From: Alphaproteobacteria bacterium | Lineage (GTDB): Bacteria; Pseudomonadota; Alphaproteobacteria; MPNO01; UBA2964 | NCBI GenBank assembly: GCA_012103315.1 | Contig: WLWZ01000011.1 | Location: forward strand, 11,869-75,868 | Length of the DNA stretch: 64,000 nucleotides | Reading direction: 5' to 3' | Part shown: in pieces, positions 27,700-36,791 of the stretch | How the letters are laid out: each line of letters begins with the position of its first letter | Position numbering within the stretch: the stretch's first letter is position 1 | Translations under genes and position numbers: made by a program | Notes under the pieces: model-generated | Seen by the model: the letters and a program-made list of their open reading frames with translations, nothing else | Database searches by the model: none | Told to the model about the DNA's origin: nothing

Positions 27700-29196
27700 T
27701 CAATCCACATTGATGCCGGATTCTTTAGCGGCGTGCCGGCCTGCCCGACGACCTGAGGTGAAGGCCCAGCCAATATGATGGCCATGTCCTTTGAGCATTA
27801 GCCCGCCTTGGCCGGCGGAAGCAGCCGCAAAGACTCCGGGAATGGCAGTGTCGTTTTCGCCCAATAGACGATGATCTTCATCAACGGCAAGACCGCCATC
27901 GGTCAAGACGATATAGCTCTTAGCCGGACCCAACGCATAGAACGGCCCTGATGATAATTTTGTTTCGCTTGTTGCATTATGGGCTTCAACGGATTTCTTG
28001 AACTCCTCGGGTGGCATATCCATGGCACCGGCAAGTGTCATAACGGTCTCAGCCTTATGAAAAATATCAGGTCGAGTTTTTCGAAAGTCATCGAGATAGG
28101 CGTATGAAACGCCCGGTGCGGTAGCGATAAAATCGGGCCACGCTGAATACTTTGCTGCCAATTCGCTATCCAGGATGACATAACCAATCTTGTCCGGTTC
28201 GGAGGCGATGGCGAGACCGAGCTTTGACGGCTCGTCGGTAATACGTTGCCCGTTTTTATTCACGAGCAAGGCACCATTGGTAAAAAGAGCGAGTTCCGGA
28301 GCCATAGAAGTCGTGGTGAAACCCAGTACGAAAGGGCGAAGAATTCGATCTGGTAAATACTTCAAGGCGAACCGCATAAATTTGGTGACGACTGGCCAGG
28401 GCGGTAGCATGCGATCAATTGTTTCTCTCGGCGGAGCGATAAATCTCAGCGTTGGACCGGAAAGAACGTCACCATTCAATACTTTGGCACCAAGCGGAAA
28501 AGCCATTTCATGGCCATCGCCGGTGGCGTTGGGGTTCATGGCATCAACCAAGGCGACTTCTGGTGAAATGTATTGAGCCTTGAGTTTATGGTTGGCGGCG
28601 TAGTCACCACTGGCAAGGACGACGGTCTTGGCGTGAACTTCCGTTATGCCTAACGGCATTTCGCATCGAGCCCCGACAACGCGATCACCGTCGAGCAGGA
28701 ATTTGTTAGCACGGCTATTGCAACGGATTTCGACTCCAATTTTGGCAGCATATTTTCCGAGATGGTGGATATAGGCTCGCGAATTGGGCAGGACGTTATG
28801 CATACGCGGTTTACGATGCGGTGGCTCAGGCATCGGGCCGAAAAACTCGACGCCCATCGACATCAGCCAGCGCAACGTCTCATTGGCATTGTCGACGAAA
28901 ATACGACGTAGTTTGGGATTGTCTCGATCGGCCTGATCACCAGAAAACTTGGGCATATCTTCAAAATGCTCGTCGGGTGTATCGACAATGCCGTCCGAGA
29001 GCTGGTGCGGAGTTTGCGTGGCCGAAAAAGACCCAATTGACCAGGCGGTGGTTCCGCCCAGTTCAGGATTTTTCTCGATGAGCATGACTTTGGCACCATG
29101 AGTTCGGGCTTCGATAGCTGCTGCCAAACCGGCGCCACCCCCGCCGACGACTAATACATCACAACTCAAAGATTGCTCTTCGGACACGTATCCCAC
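27700..29196 (-). CDS. FAD-binding flavoprotein dehydrogenase (fumarate reductase / 3-ketosteroid dehydrogenase-like)
   Basis: N-terminal 'CDVLVVGGGGAGLAAAIE' dinucleotide fold. The C-terminal 'GLYAAGE'-equivalent region is 'GVFAAASAGQGGLMLKGHGHH'. Confidence 0.65.
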   Translation of the reverse strand: MGYVSEEQSLSCDVLVVGGGGAGLAAAIEARTHGAKVMLIEKNPELGGTTAWSIGSFSATQTPHQLSDGIVDTPDEHFEDMPKFSGDQADRDNPKLRRIFVDNANETLRWLMSMGVEFFGPMPEPPHRKPRMHNVLPNSRAYIHHLGKYAAKIGVEIRCNSRANKFLLDGDRVVGARCEMPLGITEVHAKTVVLASGDYAANHKLKAQYISPEVALVDAMNPNATGDGHEMAFPLGAKVLNGDVLSGPTLRFIAPPRETIDRMLPPWPVVTKFMRFALKYLPDRILRPFVLGFTTTSMAPELALFTNGALLVNKNGQRITDEPSKLGLAIASEPDKIGYVILDSELAAKYSAWPDFIATAPGVSYAYLDDFRKTRPDIFHKAETVMTLAGAMDMPPEEFKKSVEAHNATSETKLSSGPFYALGPAKSYIVLTDGGLAVDEDHRLLGENDTAIPGVFAAASAGQGGLMLKGHGHHIGWAFTSGRRAGRHAAKESGINVD

Positions 29197-29340
29197 CCTT
29201 ATTAAACGTTATAGTTGTGTTGAGTTTATGCCAGCGATTGAGCATTGCCAAGTTCGCGAAATTGACCCTACTGCGGTAACCGAGTCTGCGGTAGCGTAGG
29301 GGATAAGCTGTGTTGGTTTGTTTGACTAAAAGGATGCGTA

Positions 29341-30336
29341 ATGAAGATCGACGTTTTTAACCATGTGTTCCCCAATGAGTTCTTTGAAGCCGCTGAAAAG
29401 CTGATGCCAGCGCGCGCTGTAAAGCGTTGGAAGGCGATGGAAGAACTCTACGATATGGATGCCCGAATGAAGGTAATCGATAAGTTTGACGATTATCAGC
29501 AGATCATTTCCATATCTCAGCCACCGTTAGATATCATCGCGGGGCCAAATGATTCGCCTGAGCTCGCCCGCGTCGCGAATGATGGTATGGCGCGCATTTG
29601 TCGGGAATACCCAGATCGCATGCCGTGGTTTATCGCAGCATTACCGATGAATAATACAGATGAAGCTATCCGCGAAGTTGACCGCGTTCTCGATGAACAT
29701 GGTGCCGTGGGTTTTCAGATCCATTCGAATGTTGGCGGCAAACCGCTTGATGCGCCAGAGTTCCGTGACATTTTTGCGAAGATCGCCGAACGAGGGAAAT
29801 GTGTCTGGCTTCACCCAACACGACCAGCAAGCCATGCAGATTATTTGACCGAAGACCAGTCACACTACGAAATGTTTTGGGGCATCGGCTGGGCTTATGA
29901 GACGACAGCCGCGATGTGCCGGATGGTTTGTTCGGGCATGTTTGATGAAATCCCCAACTTCCATGTCATGGCACATCACTGGGGTGCCTATATTCCGCAC
30001 GCGGAAGGTCGTATGCCACTGTGGGAGGCACGGAACGGGACTATGTCGGCGGATGGTAGGTCCTTTGCCGATGATCTTGAAAAGCCGATGCTCGATTATT
30101 TCAAAATGTTTTATGGTGATACGGCGATGTTTGGCGCTAAGGCACAAAGCCAAGCAGGGCTGGATTTCTTTGGGTCTGGCAATTCGTTCTTTGCCACGGA
30201 TGCGCCGTATGACCTCACAGGTGGCGAGGATAATATTCGGGAAACCATCGACGTTATCGAGAGTCTAAATTGTACCGATGAAGACCGCCAGGTGATCTAC
30301 GAGGACAATACGAGAAAGCTCATCCTTGGTGAATAG
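29341..30336 (+). CDS. amidohydrolase-2 family (ACMSD / LigW-type) metal-dependent decarboxylase or hydrolase
   Basis: 'MKIDVFNHVFP' has the HxH metal motif at the start, typical of the PF04909 family. There are later His/Asp ligands ('WLHP', 'HHWG', 'FATDAPY'). Its stop abuts the next start (TAGATG). Confidence 0.65.
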   Translation: MKIDVFNHVFPNEFFEAAEKLMPARAVKRWKAMEELYDMDARMKVIDKFDDYQQIISISQPPLDIIAGPNDSPELARVANDGMARICREYPDRMPWFIAALPMNNTDEAIREVDRVLDEHGAVGFQIHSNVGGKPLDAPEFRDIFAKIAERGKCVWLHPTRPASHADYLTEDQSHYEMFWGIGWAYETTAAMCRMVCSGMFDEIPNFHVMAHHWGAYIPHAEGRMPLWEARNGTMSADGRSFADDLEKPMLDYFKMFYGDTAMFGAKAQSQAGLDFFGSGNSFFATDAPYDLTGGEDNIRETIDVIESLNCTDEDRQVIYEDNTRKLILGE

Positions 30337-31065
30337 ATGACCGAATTCGACGCTATTATTCCACGGGCTCGGTTGGGTTTTATCATTCCGTCATCAAACC
30401 GGATGGTAGAACCGCAATTGCAGCATTACTGCCCGGATGGCGTCGTTCCCCATTTTAACCGGATCGGCATGACCAATCGGCATAAGGCGCCGCTCGATGA
30501 GTTGATGCCGCGGATACTATTGGCCGCTGAATTGCTCGGTGATTCCAAATGCGACGTGACGGTATTGCAATGTACCGGGACGTCGATGTCGGGCGGTGTC
30601 GAGAACGAACGAGAGGTCATCTCGGCGATTGAGGATTTGACCGGAAAGCCGGCAGCCTCGGCGGCTTCTTCGCTGATGGATGCTTTTCAGGCGATAGATG
30701 CACAGCGTTTGGTGTTTGTGTCGGAAACCCCTCAGGCCGGCCATGACAAAAAACTGGCCTTTTTGAGAGAGGCTGGGCTGGACATCATTGCGGACAAGGC
30801 AATGGAACTCGGGGGCAGTGATATCTATTGCAGCACGCCACCTGAATTCTGGTTTGAGAATGTAATGGCCATGCGCAATGACGATGCTGATGCTTACTTC
30901 GTCAGTTGCGCCAATATCCACAGTGTCGATGTTATCGAAGCCCTGGAAGATGAGCTTGGTCGACCCGTGATCACCAGCAATCAGGCGGCGCTTTGGTCAG
31001 CGCTCCGCCTGGCTGGTTTAAACGACAATATCTCCGCTTTGGGCCGGTTATTTAAGACCGGCTAA
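30337..31065 (+). CDS. Asp/Glu/hydantoin racemase superfamily protein (maleate isomerase / arylmalonate decarboxylase-like)
   Basis: 'LGFIIPSSNRMVE' N-terminal motif and the two-Cys architecture of the maleate isomerase / AMDase class ('LQCTGTS', 'VSCANI'). Confidence 0.55.
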   Translation: MTEFDAIIPRARLGFIIPSSNRMVEPQLQHYCPDGVVPHFNRIGMTNRHKAPLDELMPRILLAAELLGDSKCDVTVLQCTGTSMSGGVENEREVISAIEDLTGKPAASAASSLMDAFQAIDAQRLVFVSETPQAGHDKKLAFLREAGLDIIADKAMELGGSDIYCSTPPEFWFENVMAMRNDDADAYFVSCANIHSVDVIEALEDELGRPVITSNQAALWSALRLAGLNDNISALGRLFKTG

Positions 31066-31073
31066 ACGGTTTC

Positions 31074-32039
31074 TTAGTCTGGCGCGTCTTCGCCAGGCAC
31101 AACACCGATAGCCGCAAGCGCATCCGCGACGAAATTCTCGGCAATCACATCTTCCCGCGTCACTTTGGGGAGGGAGGGGTTGAGCTTGTAAAACAACTCC
31201 ATCTCATCCTTCCAGTGACCTGTGGTCAGCTCACCATTGATGGCGAAGCCTGCGGTGTCGTGTTCCTGCTGCCAGATGGTTTGGACGTCTTCTTCAGGAA
31301 CTGGGACGGTAACGTAATGGTCATAGACCTTTTTGAACGTCTCAAAGTCATTGTGGAGTGCCCGCGACGCGTTGATCATACCTCGGGTAAGGCGATTGAG
31401 CTCTTCAACATGACCTTGTTCGTAGGCTTCGAGAGTGCCCAGCACACCATGTGGCTGAACAGGAACCAATTTCTTGAGATCGGCAAAGCCAAGCAATGTG
31501 TGCAAACTATTGCTGGAATCCTGGTTTAAAGAAATCGCTTCCTCGACCCGGATAAGGGAGACGTCAATTGTATCGCCGAGCAATCTATCGATACGTTCTG
31601 GCGGTGGGCCTACGGCTTGCCAGTCGATCTCGCTCTCTTCGATGTCGAGCGCTGCAACCAGCAATCGGGCCATATGATGGCTTAGCGCGCCGAATCCATC
31701 GAGTGCCCAGGAACAACCCTTCAGCTGAGCGGGGTCCGTGATTCGGCTCTGGGTGACAAGGTTTTGCGCGAGCCCACGCGCCATTGAAACGATGACGCGA
31801 ACTGGCTGTCCTTCTGATCGGAATTTAAGAACCGGACCAAGTCCACCATAGGAAACATCGACAACATCGTCGAGGACGGCCTGCATAGCGGCAACGCCGC
31901 CATGAACTGGTGTCCAGGTTACATCGAGGTTTTCGTCTTCCCAGCAACCGAGAAGGGTCGCTGCGGCACAGGCAAGATCATCGACGCCGAAGGTCGGTCC
32001 TGACCCTGCTGCGAGCCGGATAGAAAGTGTGTCACTCAT
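31074..32039 (-). CDS. NMT1/THI5-like (SsuA/TauA-type) domain protein without a signal peptide
   Basis: Type-II periplasmic-binding-protein fold of the NMT1 family. The N-terminus 'MSDTLSIRLAAGSGPT' lacks any secretion signal, so it is probably cytoplasmic. Confidence 0.45.
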   Translation of the reverse strand: MSDTLSIRLAAGSGPTFGVDDLACAAATLLGCWEDENLDVTWTPVHGGVAAMQAVLDDVVDVSYGGLGPVLKFRSEGQPVRVIVSMARGLAQNLVTQSRITDPAQLKGCSWALDGFGALSHHMARLLVAALDIEESEIDWQAVGPPPERIDRLLGDTIDVSLIRVEEAISLNQDSSNSLHTLLGFADLKKLVPVQPHGVLGTLEAYEQGHVEELNRLTRGMINASRALHNDFETFKKVYDHYVTVPVPEEDVQTIWQQEHDTAGFAINGELTTGHWKDEMELFYKLNPSLPKVTREDVIAENFVADALAAIGVVPGEDAPD

Positions 32040-32050
32040 GATTTGTTCCT

Positions 32051-33166
32051 TTAAGGCGCTACGGTTGTATCGAGATGAATATGAATTGGTTCTTCGCTGT
32101 CTTTGATTTCACGACCCAGTAATTGCACGGCCTTCTCTGCTTCACCGAGGGAATAGTTATGGGTGCATAGTTTTCCAAGGTCTTGCCACTTGTCGGTCAG
32201 GATTTCGACGGCGCGGGCGGTGTCCTCCCAATCCGAGGACAGGACACCGAGCATTGAAATTTCGTTGAACAGCAATTTGTCGCTATAGAAATTATTGAGC
32301 GCGTTATGTGTTTTGACACCGGCGACCACCAGCGTGCCACCTTTTCTCAGCATTTCCACGCCTTGGATCAAGGGTTCAACAGCGCCCATCGAGACATCCA
32401 AGACGATATCTGCTTTGCGGCCACCAGTAATCTCATGGACCCGTTCGACAGGATCTTCGGTTTCGACATTGATCGTTGCATCGGCGCCCAGTTCTTTGGC
32501 GACCTGCAAACGGTATTCGTCTGCTGCTGTGCCCGTCACGATAATCTGTCCGGCCCCCATTTCCTTGGCGACAAGGACACTGAGTAACCCTCGTTGGCCG
32601 GGGCCTTCGATAACGATGGTTTGACCTTCCCGCAAATTGGGGCGCGCCCAGGCCCAACGCACCGCATTTGAGAGCGGGTTGTTAAGGCTCATGATATCGG
32701 TCGGTATGTGATCAGGGATCTTATGCATCCGCGCCTTAGGGTGTAGATAAAGATGTGATGCGTAACCACCCCAAAGGTGCGGCTCGTTGTCGAACCCCAT
32801 TCGAATGCCATACCCCATATTGGCATCACAGAAGATAGGACGGCCGTCGTGACAGGCGAGACATTCGCCGCACGGGATCGAGGTTTCGACGATGACGCGG
32901 TCACCCTCTTTTACGTTCCATTTCTTGGCGGCGTTGGCGCCAACCTTATCGATCCAACCGAAAATCTCGTGTCCTGGTGTAATGGGCAGAGTTCCGTGCG
33001 GGGTGCCAATAAAGTGCCCGTCATATTGTTCGTAGTCAGTGCCGCACAGTCCGGCCGCTTCGATACGAAGGATGCCTTCGTCCGCGCCGATATTGGGAAT
33101 CGGAACCTCGCGGGTCTCAAATTTACGTTTCTCAACAAGTACGGCGGCGTATGCGGTCTCGGTCAT
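32051..33166 (-). CDS. Zn-dependent alcohol dehydrogenase (MDR superfamily)
   Basis: Catalytic-Zn ligands 'GLCGTDYE...GHE', structural-Zn Cys cluster 'CGECLACHDGRPIFC', and a Rossmann segment. Confidence 0.8.
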   Translation of the reverse strand: MTETAYAAVLVEKRKFETREVPIPNIGADEGILRIEAAGLCGTDYEQYDGHFIGTPHGTLPITPGHEIFGWIDKVGANAAKKWNVKEGDRVIVETSIPCGECLACHDGRPIFCDANMGYGIRMGFDNEPHLWGGYASHLYLHPKARMHKIPDHIPTDIMSLNNPLSNAVRWAWARPNLREGQTIVIEGPGQRGLLSVLVAKEMGAGQIIVTGTAADEYRLQVAKELGADATINVETEDPVERVHEITGGRKADIVLDVSMGAVEPLIQGVEMLRKGGTLVVAGVKTHNALNNFYSDKLLFNEISMLGVLSSDWEDTARAVEILTDKWQDLGKLCTHNYSLGEAEKAVQLLGREIKDSEEPIHIHLDTTVAP

Positions 33167-33169
33167 TAA

Positions 33170-34000
33170 TTAGCTCCGTCCACCAACAGCGATTTTATCT
33201 GCCGTGGTGTTTGTAAATTTTGCGCGGGTGTTCTCCATGAACTTAATGCAGTCAGGATCGTAGTCGTGCTGGGGCTGAGGGTCGATCCCCCAATTGTCAC
33301 CGACGTTTTCACCGCGCACCAGCATTGCGGTGGCGCCGTCGAAACGCGTCTCTTTAACGTGTGGCGCGACATAATGGATCGAGAACCCAACGCGGGGGTG
33401 ATTGGCATTATTGGGTCCTGACCCATGCACAACGCTTTCATGATGTAACACAACTTGGCCTGCATTGACCTCTGCGAAGATGGCTTTGTCCTCAGGAACA
33501 TCGATAACGGTTTGACCTTGCTGAACCAGGTTATGTTCGTGCTTCTTAATCTCATGAATAGCGGGCGGACCTTTATGGGTGCCCGGAATATACTGCACGC
33601 AACCGGACTCGACCGTTGCGTCGTTGAACGCCAGCCAAGCTGTCACTGTTTCTGCCGGTTCAAGCCCGTAATAGAAGCTGTCGGTGTGCCAGGACACAAA
33701 CCTCGGGTCGTTGGCTTTCTTGGTAAAAAACGAGGCGCCCCAACACAGGATATTCGGCCCGAGAATGTCTTCGATTGCGTCCAACAGGTTTTCGTTGCGT
33801 ACGACATCGCATAGCCAGGGAAATGGTAGGTGCGCTTTGATTCGAAATTTCTTTTGCGGTTCGTGGCCGAGCCGTTTCTCCATTGCTGCAAAATTTTCAT
33901 GTAAGCTCGCAGCCTCGTCGGGAGTGTACGCTTCTACGGGAAACAGGAATCCGTTTTCATCAAATTCCCTGACCTGTTCCTCTGTCAAAACATTTGGCAT
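33170..34000 (-). CDS. phytanoyl-CoA dioxygenase (PhyH) family Fe(II)/2-oxoglutarate oxygenase
   Basis: 'WHTDSFYY' (HxD) plus a distal 'HHESVVHGSGPN'. The start is moved to the ATG at 34000 (MPNVLTEEQ), which follows GGAGTG. Confidence 0.65.
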   Translation of the reverse strand: MPNVLTEEQVREFDENGFLFPVEAYTPDEAASLHENFAAMEKRLGHEPQKKFRIKAHLPFPWLCDVVRNENLLDAIEDILGPNILCWGASFFTKKANDPRFVSWHTDSFYYGLEPAETVTAWLAFNDATVESGCVQYIPGTHKGPPAIHEIKKHEHNLVQQGQTVIDVPEDKAIFAEVNAGQVVLHHESVVHGSGPNNANHPRVGFSIHYVAPHVKETRFDGATAMLVRGENVGDNWGIDPQPQHDYDPDCIKFMENTRAKFTNTTADKIAVGGRS

Positions 34001-34119
34001 GTGCAACACTCCACAATCGATCTTTGCTTTCCCATTTTGGCGCGAATTGCTTCCGATTACCAATATCGGCACCATCGATAGGGAATTCCGTTATAATGAT
34101 CAAAATATGGGAGGATGAA

Positions 34120-34563
34120 ATGGCAGACAAGAAAGCAAAGGCACTCGGGATCAATCACATCGTGCTTGAAGTTGGTGATCTCGATGATGCGCTGGAATTC
34201 TATGGGAAACTATTTGATTTCAGCCTACGTGGCCGGAACGACAAAAATGCGTTTATTGATCTTGGTGATCAATTTATCCAGCTTCGTCTTGGTAGAACGC
34301 AGGAAGCAGATGGAGCCCGGCATTTTGGATTTGTGGTGGATGATCGAGCACCGGTAGAGCAAGCACTAAAAGAAATGGGTGTTGAGTTGCTTGAGCGGGG
34401 CATGAATTTTCGTGATCCCTGGGGCAATCGTGTTGAGATCGTTCCTTATGATGACATTCAGTTTAGTAAGGCACCGAATGTTCTTCGGGGTATGGGATTA
34501 GAGGGGCTAAAGAAAACACCTGCGGCCATCGAAGAGCTGACAAAAAAGGATATGGCGCCTTAG
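34120..34563 (+). CDS. VOC (glyoxalase/bleomycin-resistance/extradiol dioxygenase) family protein
   Basis: 'INHIVLEVGDLDDALEFY' beta-alpha-beta-beta-beta module and 'DPWGNRVEIV'. The start is the ATG at 34120, which follows GGGAGG. Confidence 0.7.
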   Translation: MADKKAKALGINHIVLEVGDLDDALEFYGKLFDFSLRGRNDKNAFIDLGDQFIQLRLGRTQEADGARHFGFVVDDRAPVEQALKEMGVELLERGMNFRDPWGNRVEIVPYDDIQFSKAPNVLRGMGLEGLKKTPAAIEELTKKDMAP

Positions 34564-34657
34564 GAGCCCAATCCGGTAACGAAACCGTTATTGGCGGATT
34601 GCCAGGCGGGGCACATATTGGGATCAAGAAAACAGGCGGGGCAAAGGAGACAGCATC

Positions 34658-36199
34658 ATGAATGACATGAGCATGGAAAAGACGTTTGATTTTATCCAGA
34701 CAGCGAATGACATCCTGATTTCGCTGGTCGTGTTTGCGCTCGGAGTCGGCATCGTTGTTGTAGCAGTTCTCTATGTCATCGACGTAACCCAAACAAAACA
34801 GGCGGTACGTCGGAACTTTCCGGTTGTTGGACGTTTCCGATATTTGTTTGAACATATGGGGGAGTTTTTTCGTCAGTATTTTTTCGCGATGGATCGTGAA
34901 GAAATGCCTTTCAATCGGGCGCAACGCTCGTGGGTTTATCGAGCGGCCAAGAACGTCAGTACGCAGCTCGCCTTTGGGTCAACGCGTGACATCACGCCGC
35001 CTGGGACAATTTTTTTCGTTAACTGCCCGTTTCCAACGTTAGAAGTAGATGCGGCTGAACCGGGTCAGGTTACAGTCGGGCCTTACTGTGAAAACCCTTA
35101 TACGACGACCTCGTTCTTTAATGTCTCCGGTATGAGCTATGGCGCTATTTCGGAACCTGCAGTACGCGCGCTTTCCAACGGTGCCAAGGCAGCGGGAAGT
35201 TGGATGAATACTGGTGAAGGCGGGCTGTCGCCATTCCACCTAGAAGGTGGGTGCGATATCGTCTTTCAGATGGGCACGGCCAAGTACGGTGTTCGCGACC
35301 AAAATGGTGAATTATCAGACGAAAAGTTGAGGGGCATCGCCGCTCACGAGCAGGTTCGGATGTTCGAGATCAAATTAAGCCAGGGCGCGAAACCAGGTAA
35401 AGGTGGCATTCTGCCAGGCGGTAAAGTGTCAGCAGAAATCGCCACAATTCGCGGAATACCCGAAGGTCAGGATTCTATTAGCCCAAACCGGCACCCTGAT
35501 ATCGATAATGTTGAAGACATGATCAATATGATTGATCGTATCCGGAAGGTGACCGGTAAACCGGTTGGCATAAAATGTGTCATTGGTGCCTATGGCTGGC
35601 TTGATAGCCTGTTCAAAGCGATTACCGAGCGCGGTATTGAAAGTGCGCCGGACTTTATCACCGTCGATTCTGGTGATGGCGGAACCGGGGCTGCGCCCAT
35701 GGCATTGCTCGACTATGTCGGCCTACCGGTAAAGGAAAGCCTGCCAATGGTTGTCGATACACTGACACGACACGGTCTTAAGGATCGCGTGAAAGTGATT
35801 TCATCCGGCAAGTTGGTGACGCCAGAGGAAGTGGCCTGGGCGCTTTGTGCAGGCGCTGATTTTGTTGTCTCCGCGCGCGGATTTATGTTCGCGCTCGGCT
35901 GTATCCAGGCTTTGCAATGCGACAAAAATACCTGTCCAACCGGGATCACGACGCATAACAAGCGCTTGCAAAAAGGCCTCGATCCAACCGACAAAGCTGA
36001 GCGGGTCATGAACTACATTAAGACGATGCGAAAAGAGGTCGGCATAATTGCTCATTCCTGTGGCGTGAAAGAGGCCCGACATTTGCGTCGCTACCATTGT
36101 CGTGTCGTCATGGCAGATGGCAAATCCAAGGCACTTGATGAGGTTTTTCCTGAACATCGGTCTCCCGGTTCAAAACAGGAAAGTGAAGCCGCGGCTTGA
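34658..36199 (+). CDS. FMN-binding glutamate-synthase-family protein (GltB domain-2-like) with an N-terminal TM helix
   Basis: PF01645-type blocks 'GMSYGAIS', 'NTGEGG', 'KLSQGAKPGKGGILPG', and the [4Fe-4S]/FMN region 'DFITVDSGDGGTGAAP'. There is one N-terminal TM segment. Confidence 0.7.
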   Translation: MNDMSMEKTFDFIQTANDILISLVVFALGVGIVVVAVLYVIDVTQTKQAVRRNFPVVGRFRYLFEHMGEFFRQYFFAMDREEMPFNRAQRSWVYRAAKNVSTQLAFGSTRDITPPGTIFFVNCPFPTLEVDAAEPGQVTVGPYCENPYTTTSFFNVSGMSYGAISEPAVRALSNGAKAAGSWMNTGEGGLSPFHLEGGCDIVFQMGTAKYGVRDQNGELSDEKLRGIAAHEQVRMFEIKLSQGAKPGKGGILPGGKVSAEIATIRGIPEGQDSISPNRHPDIDNVEDMINMIDRIRKVTGKPVGIKCVIGAYGWLDSLFKAITERGIESAPDFITVDSGDGGTGAAPMALLDYVGLPVKESLPMVVDTLTRHGLKDRVKVISSGKLVTPEEVAWALCAGADFVVSARGFMFALGCIQALQCDKNTCPTGITTHNKRLQKGLDPTDKAERVMNYIKTMRKEVGIIAHSCGVKEARHLRRYHCRVVMADGKSKALDEVFPEHRSPGSKQESEAAA

Positions 36200-36242
36200 A
36201 GGCTGGCGCCAGAACGCCTGATCGATCATTATTAAGTATCGA

Positions 36243-36782
36243 TTGAGTGCTTACACAGGTGACATCATGTCCGGTTTTAAGAGCGACGCTTTCAAAGGTG
36301 CCGATACTATAAAATATGAGGAACCGCGCAGAGTCGCTGCGACAGGTATTCTTCATTTTACAATTGGCGTAACCGACCTTGAGGTGTCACGGAAATTCTA
36401 CGAAGAGGTCGTTGGCTGTACCTATTGGCGGCAGAATGACACCACGGTGTTTATGAAGGCCGGTGAGGACTATTTCGTTTTGTCGCGGACGGGGTATCAT
36501 CAACCACCCAATAAGCCTCAGGATTCGCTTATCCATCACGCCTTCATGGTTGATGGAGCTGATTTCGATGCAGCAATGTCTCACTTGGAGGACCAAGACG
36601 TTGAGATCTTGCTTTATGAAGATACAGGACATCGTAGTTTTTCAGGTCGCCACGCGTACTTTCATGACCCCGATGGCAACGGCATTGAGATTATTGATTT
36701 TCAGGGTGTGGGCGACATCTCTGCTGAAGCTTATCAGGGGCGTCAACGGCGTCTTCCCAAATCACATCTGTCCGGGGAGTAA
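36243..36782 (+). CDS. VOC family protein
   Basis: 'ILHFTIGVTDLEVSRKFYEEVVG' and 'HAYFHDPDGNGIEI'. Confidence 0.65.
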   Translation: MSAYTGDIMSGFKSDAFKGADTIKYEEPRRVAATGILHFTIGVTDLEVSRKFYEEVVGCTYWRQNDTTVFMKAGEDYFVLSRTGYHQPPNKPQDSLIHHAFMVDGADFDAAMSHLEDQDVEILLYEDTGHRSFSGRHAYFHDPDGNGIEIIDFQGVGDISAEAYQGRQRRLPKSHLSGE

Positions 36783-36791
36783 CGAGTCGTT

